A stretch of DNA of 49,130 bases from the NCBI RefSeq assembly GCF_001194135.2, contig NC_068981.1:34725334-34774463 (forward strand), given 5' to 3'. Below, one piece after another: positions 48,927 through 49,130 of the stretch (positions within the stretch are counted from its first letter, which is position 1; each line of letters begins with the position of its first letter). The DNA comes from Octopus bimaculoides (lineage: Eukaryota). The notes under the pieces are model-generated. The model ran no database searches, was not told where the DNA came from, and was given only the letters and a program-made list of their open reading frames with translations. The position numbers and the translations under genes are program-made.

Positions 48927-49000
<74 letters not shown>
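48925..49000. repeat. (AAT)n microsatellite
   Basis: Seen directly. Source of the spurious poly-Ile ORF. Confidence 0.95.
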
Positions 49001-49003
<3 letters not shown>

Positions 49004-49130
49004 ACGGTGTTGTCTCAAAAAACTTACCCTAAACAGACAGATCCGTCCCCTAGCGTCAACGTCGAAGCTTGTTATGCCTCACTATTAATAAAACAAAATA
49101 TAAACCGCAATGGTCATAGACCGGATTATA

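Noticed and set aside
4282-49018. Dozens of ORFs rich in YI/HT/CV/RE/LS repeats or X runs
   Set aside because: These are translations of dinucleotide and tetranucleotide microsatellites and N-gaps.

Overview
Eukaryotic genomic DNA from a gapped scaffold (16 N-gaps, about 5.8 kb). It is most likely a coleoid cephalopod (Octopus-like); this is inferred from the very high microsatellite load and the recurring tRNA-derived SINE families. There is one real gene: an intronless, 762-aa immediate-early-response (IER2/IER5/IER5L family) CDS on the minus strand at 137-2425. A compact cluster of CRE, MEF2, CCAAT and CArG-like motifs lies 0.5-0.7 kb upstream of its ATG. The remaining ~46 kb upstream has no supportable protein gene. 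It is a patchwork of microsatellites, several SINE families (labelled A-D and F here, my own labels), decayed RTE and RLE (R4/Dong-like) LINE fragments, two Helentron-type (HINE/DINE-1-like) elements, hAT, Tigger-like and TA-flanked MITEs, Penelope-like hammerhead relics and an internally deleted mariner. Nearly all other ORFs in the track are microsatellite or N-gap artefacts. I found no complete novel multi-gene system. The best leads are the IER promoter and protein, a possible (CATA)n-targeting RLE retrotransposon, a tRNA-Gly-headed chimeric SINE, and a 3.46-kb contig that begins and ends with the same 89 bp. All coordinates were read by eye and repeat boundaries are approximate.
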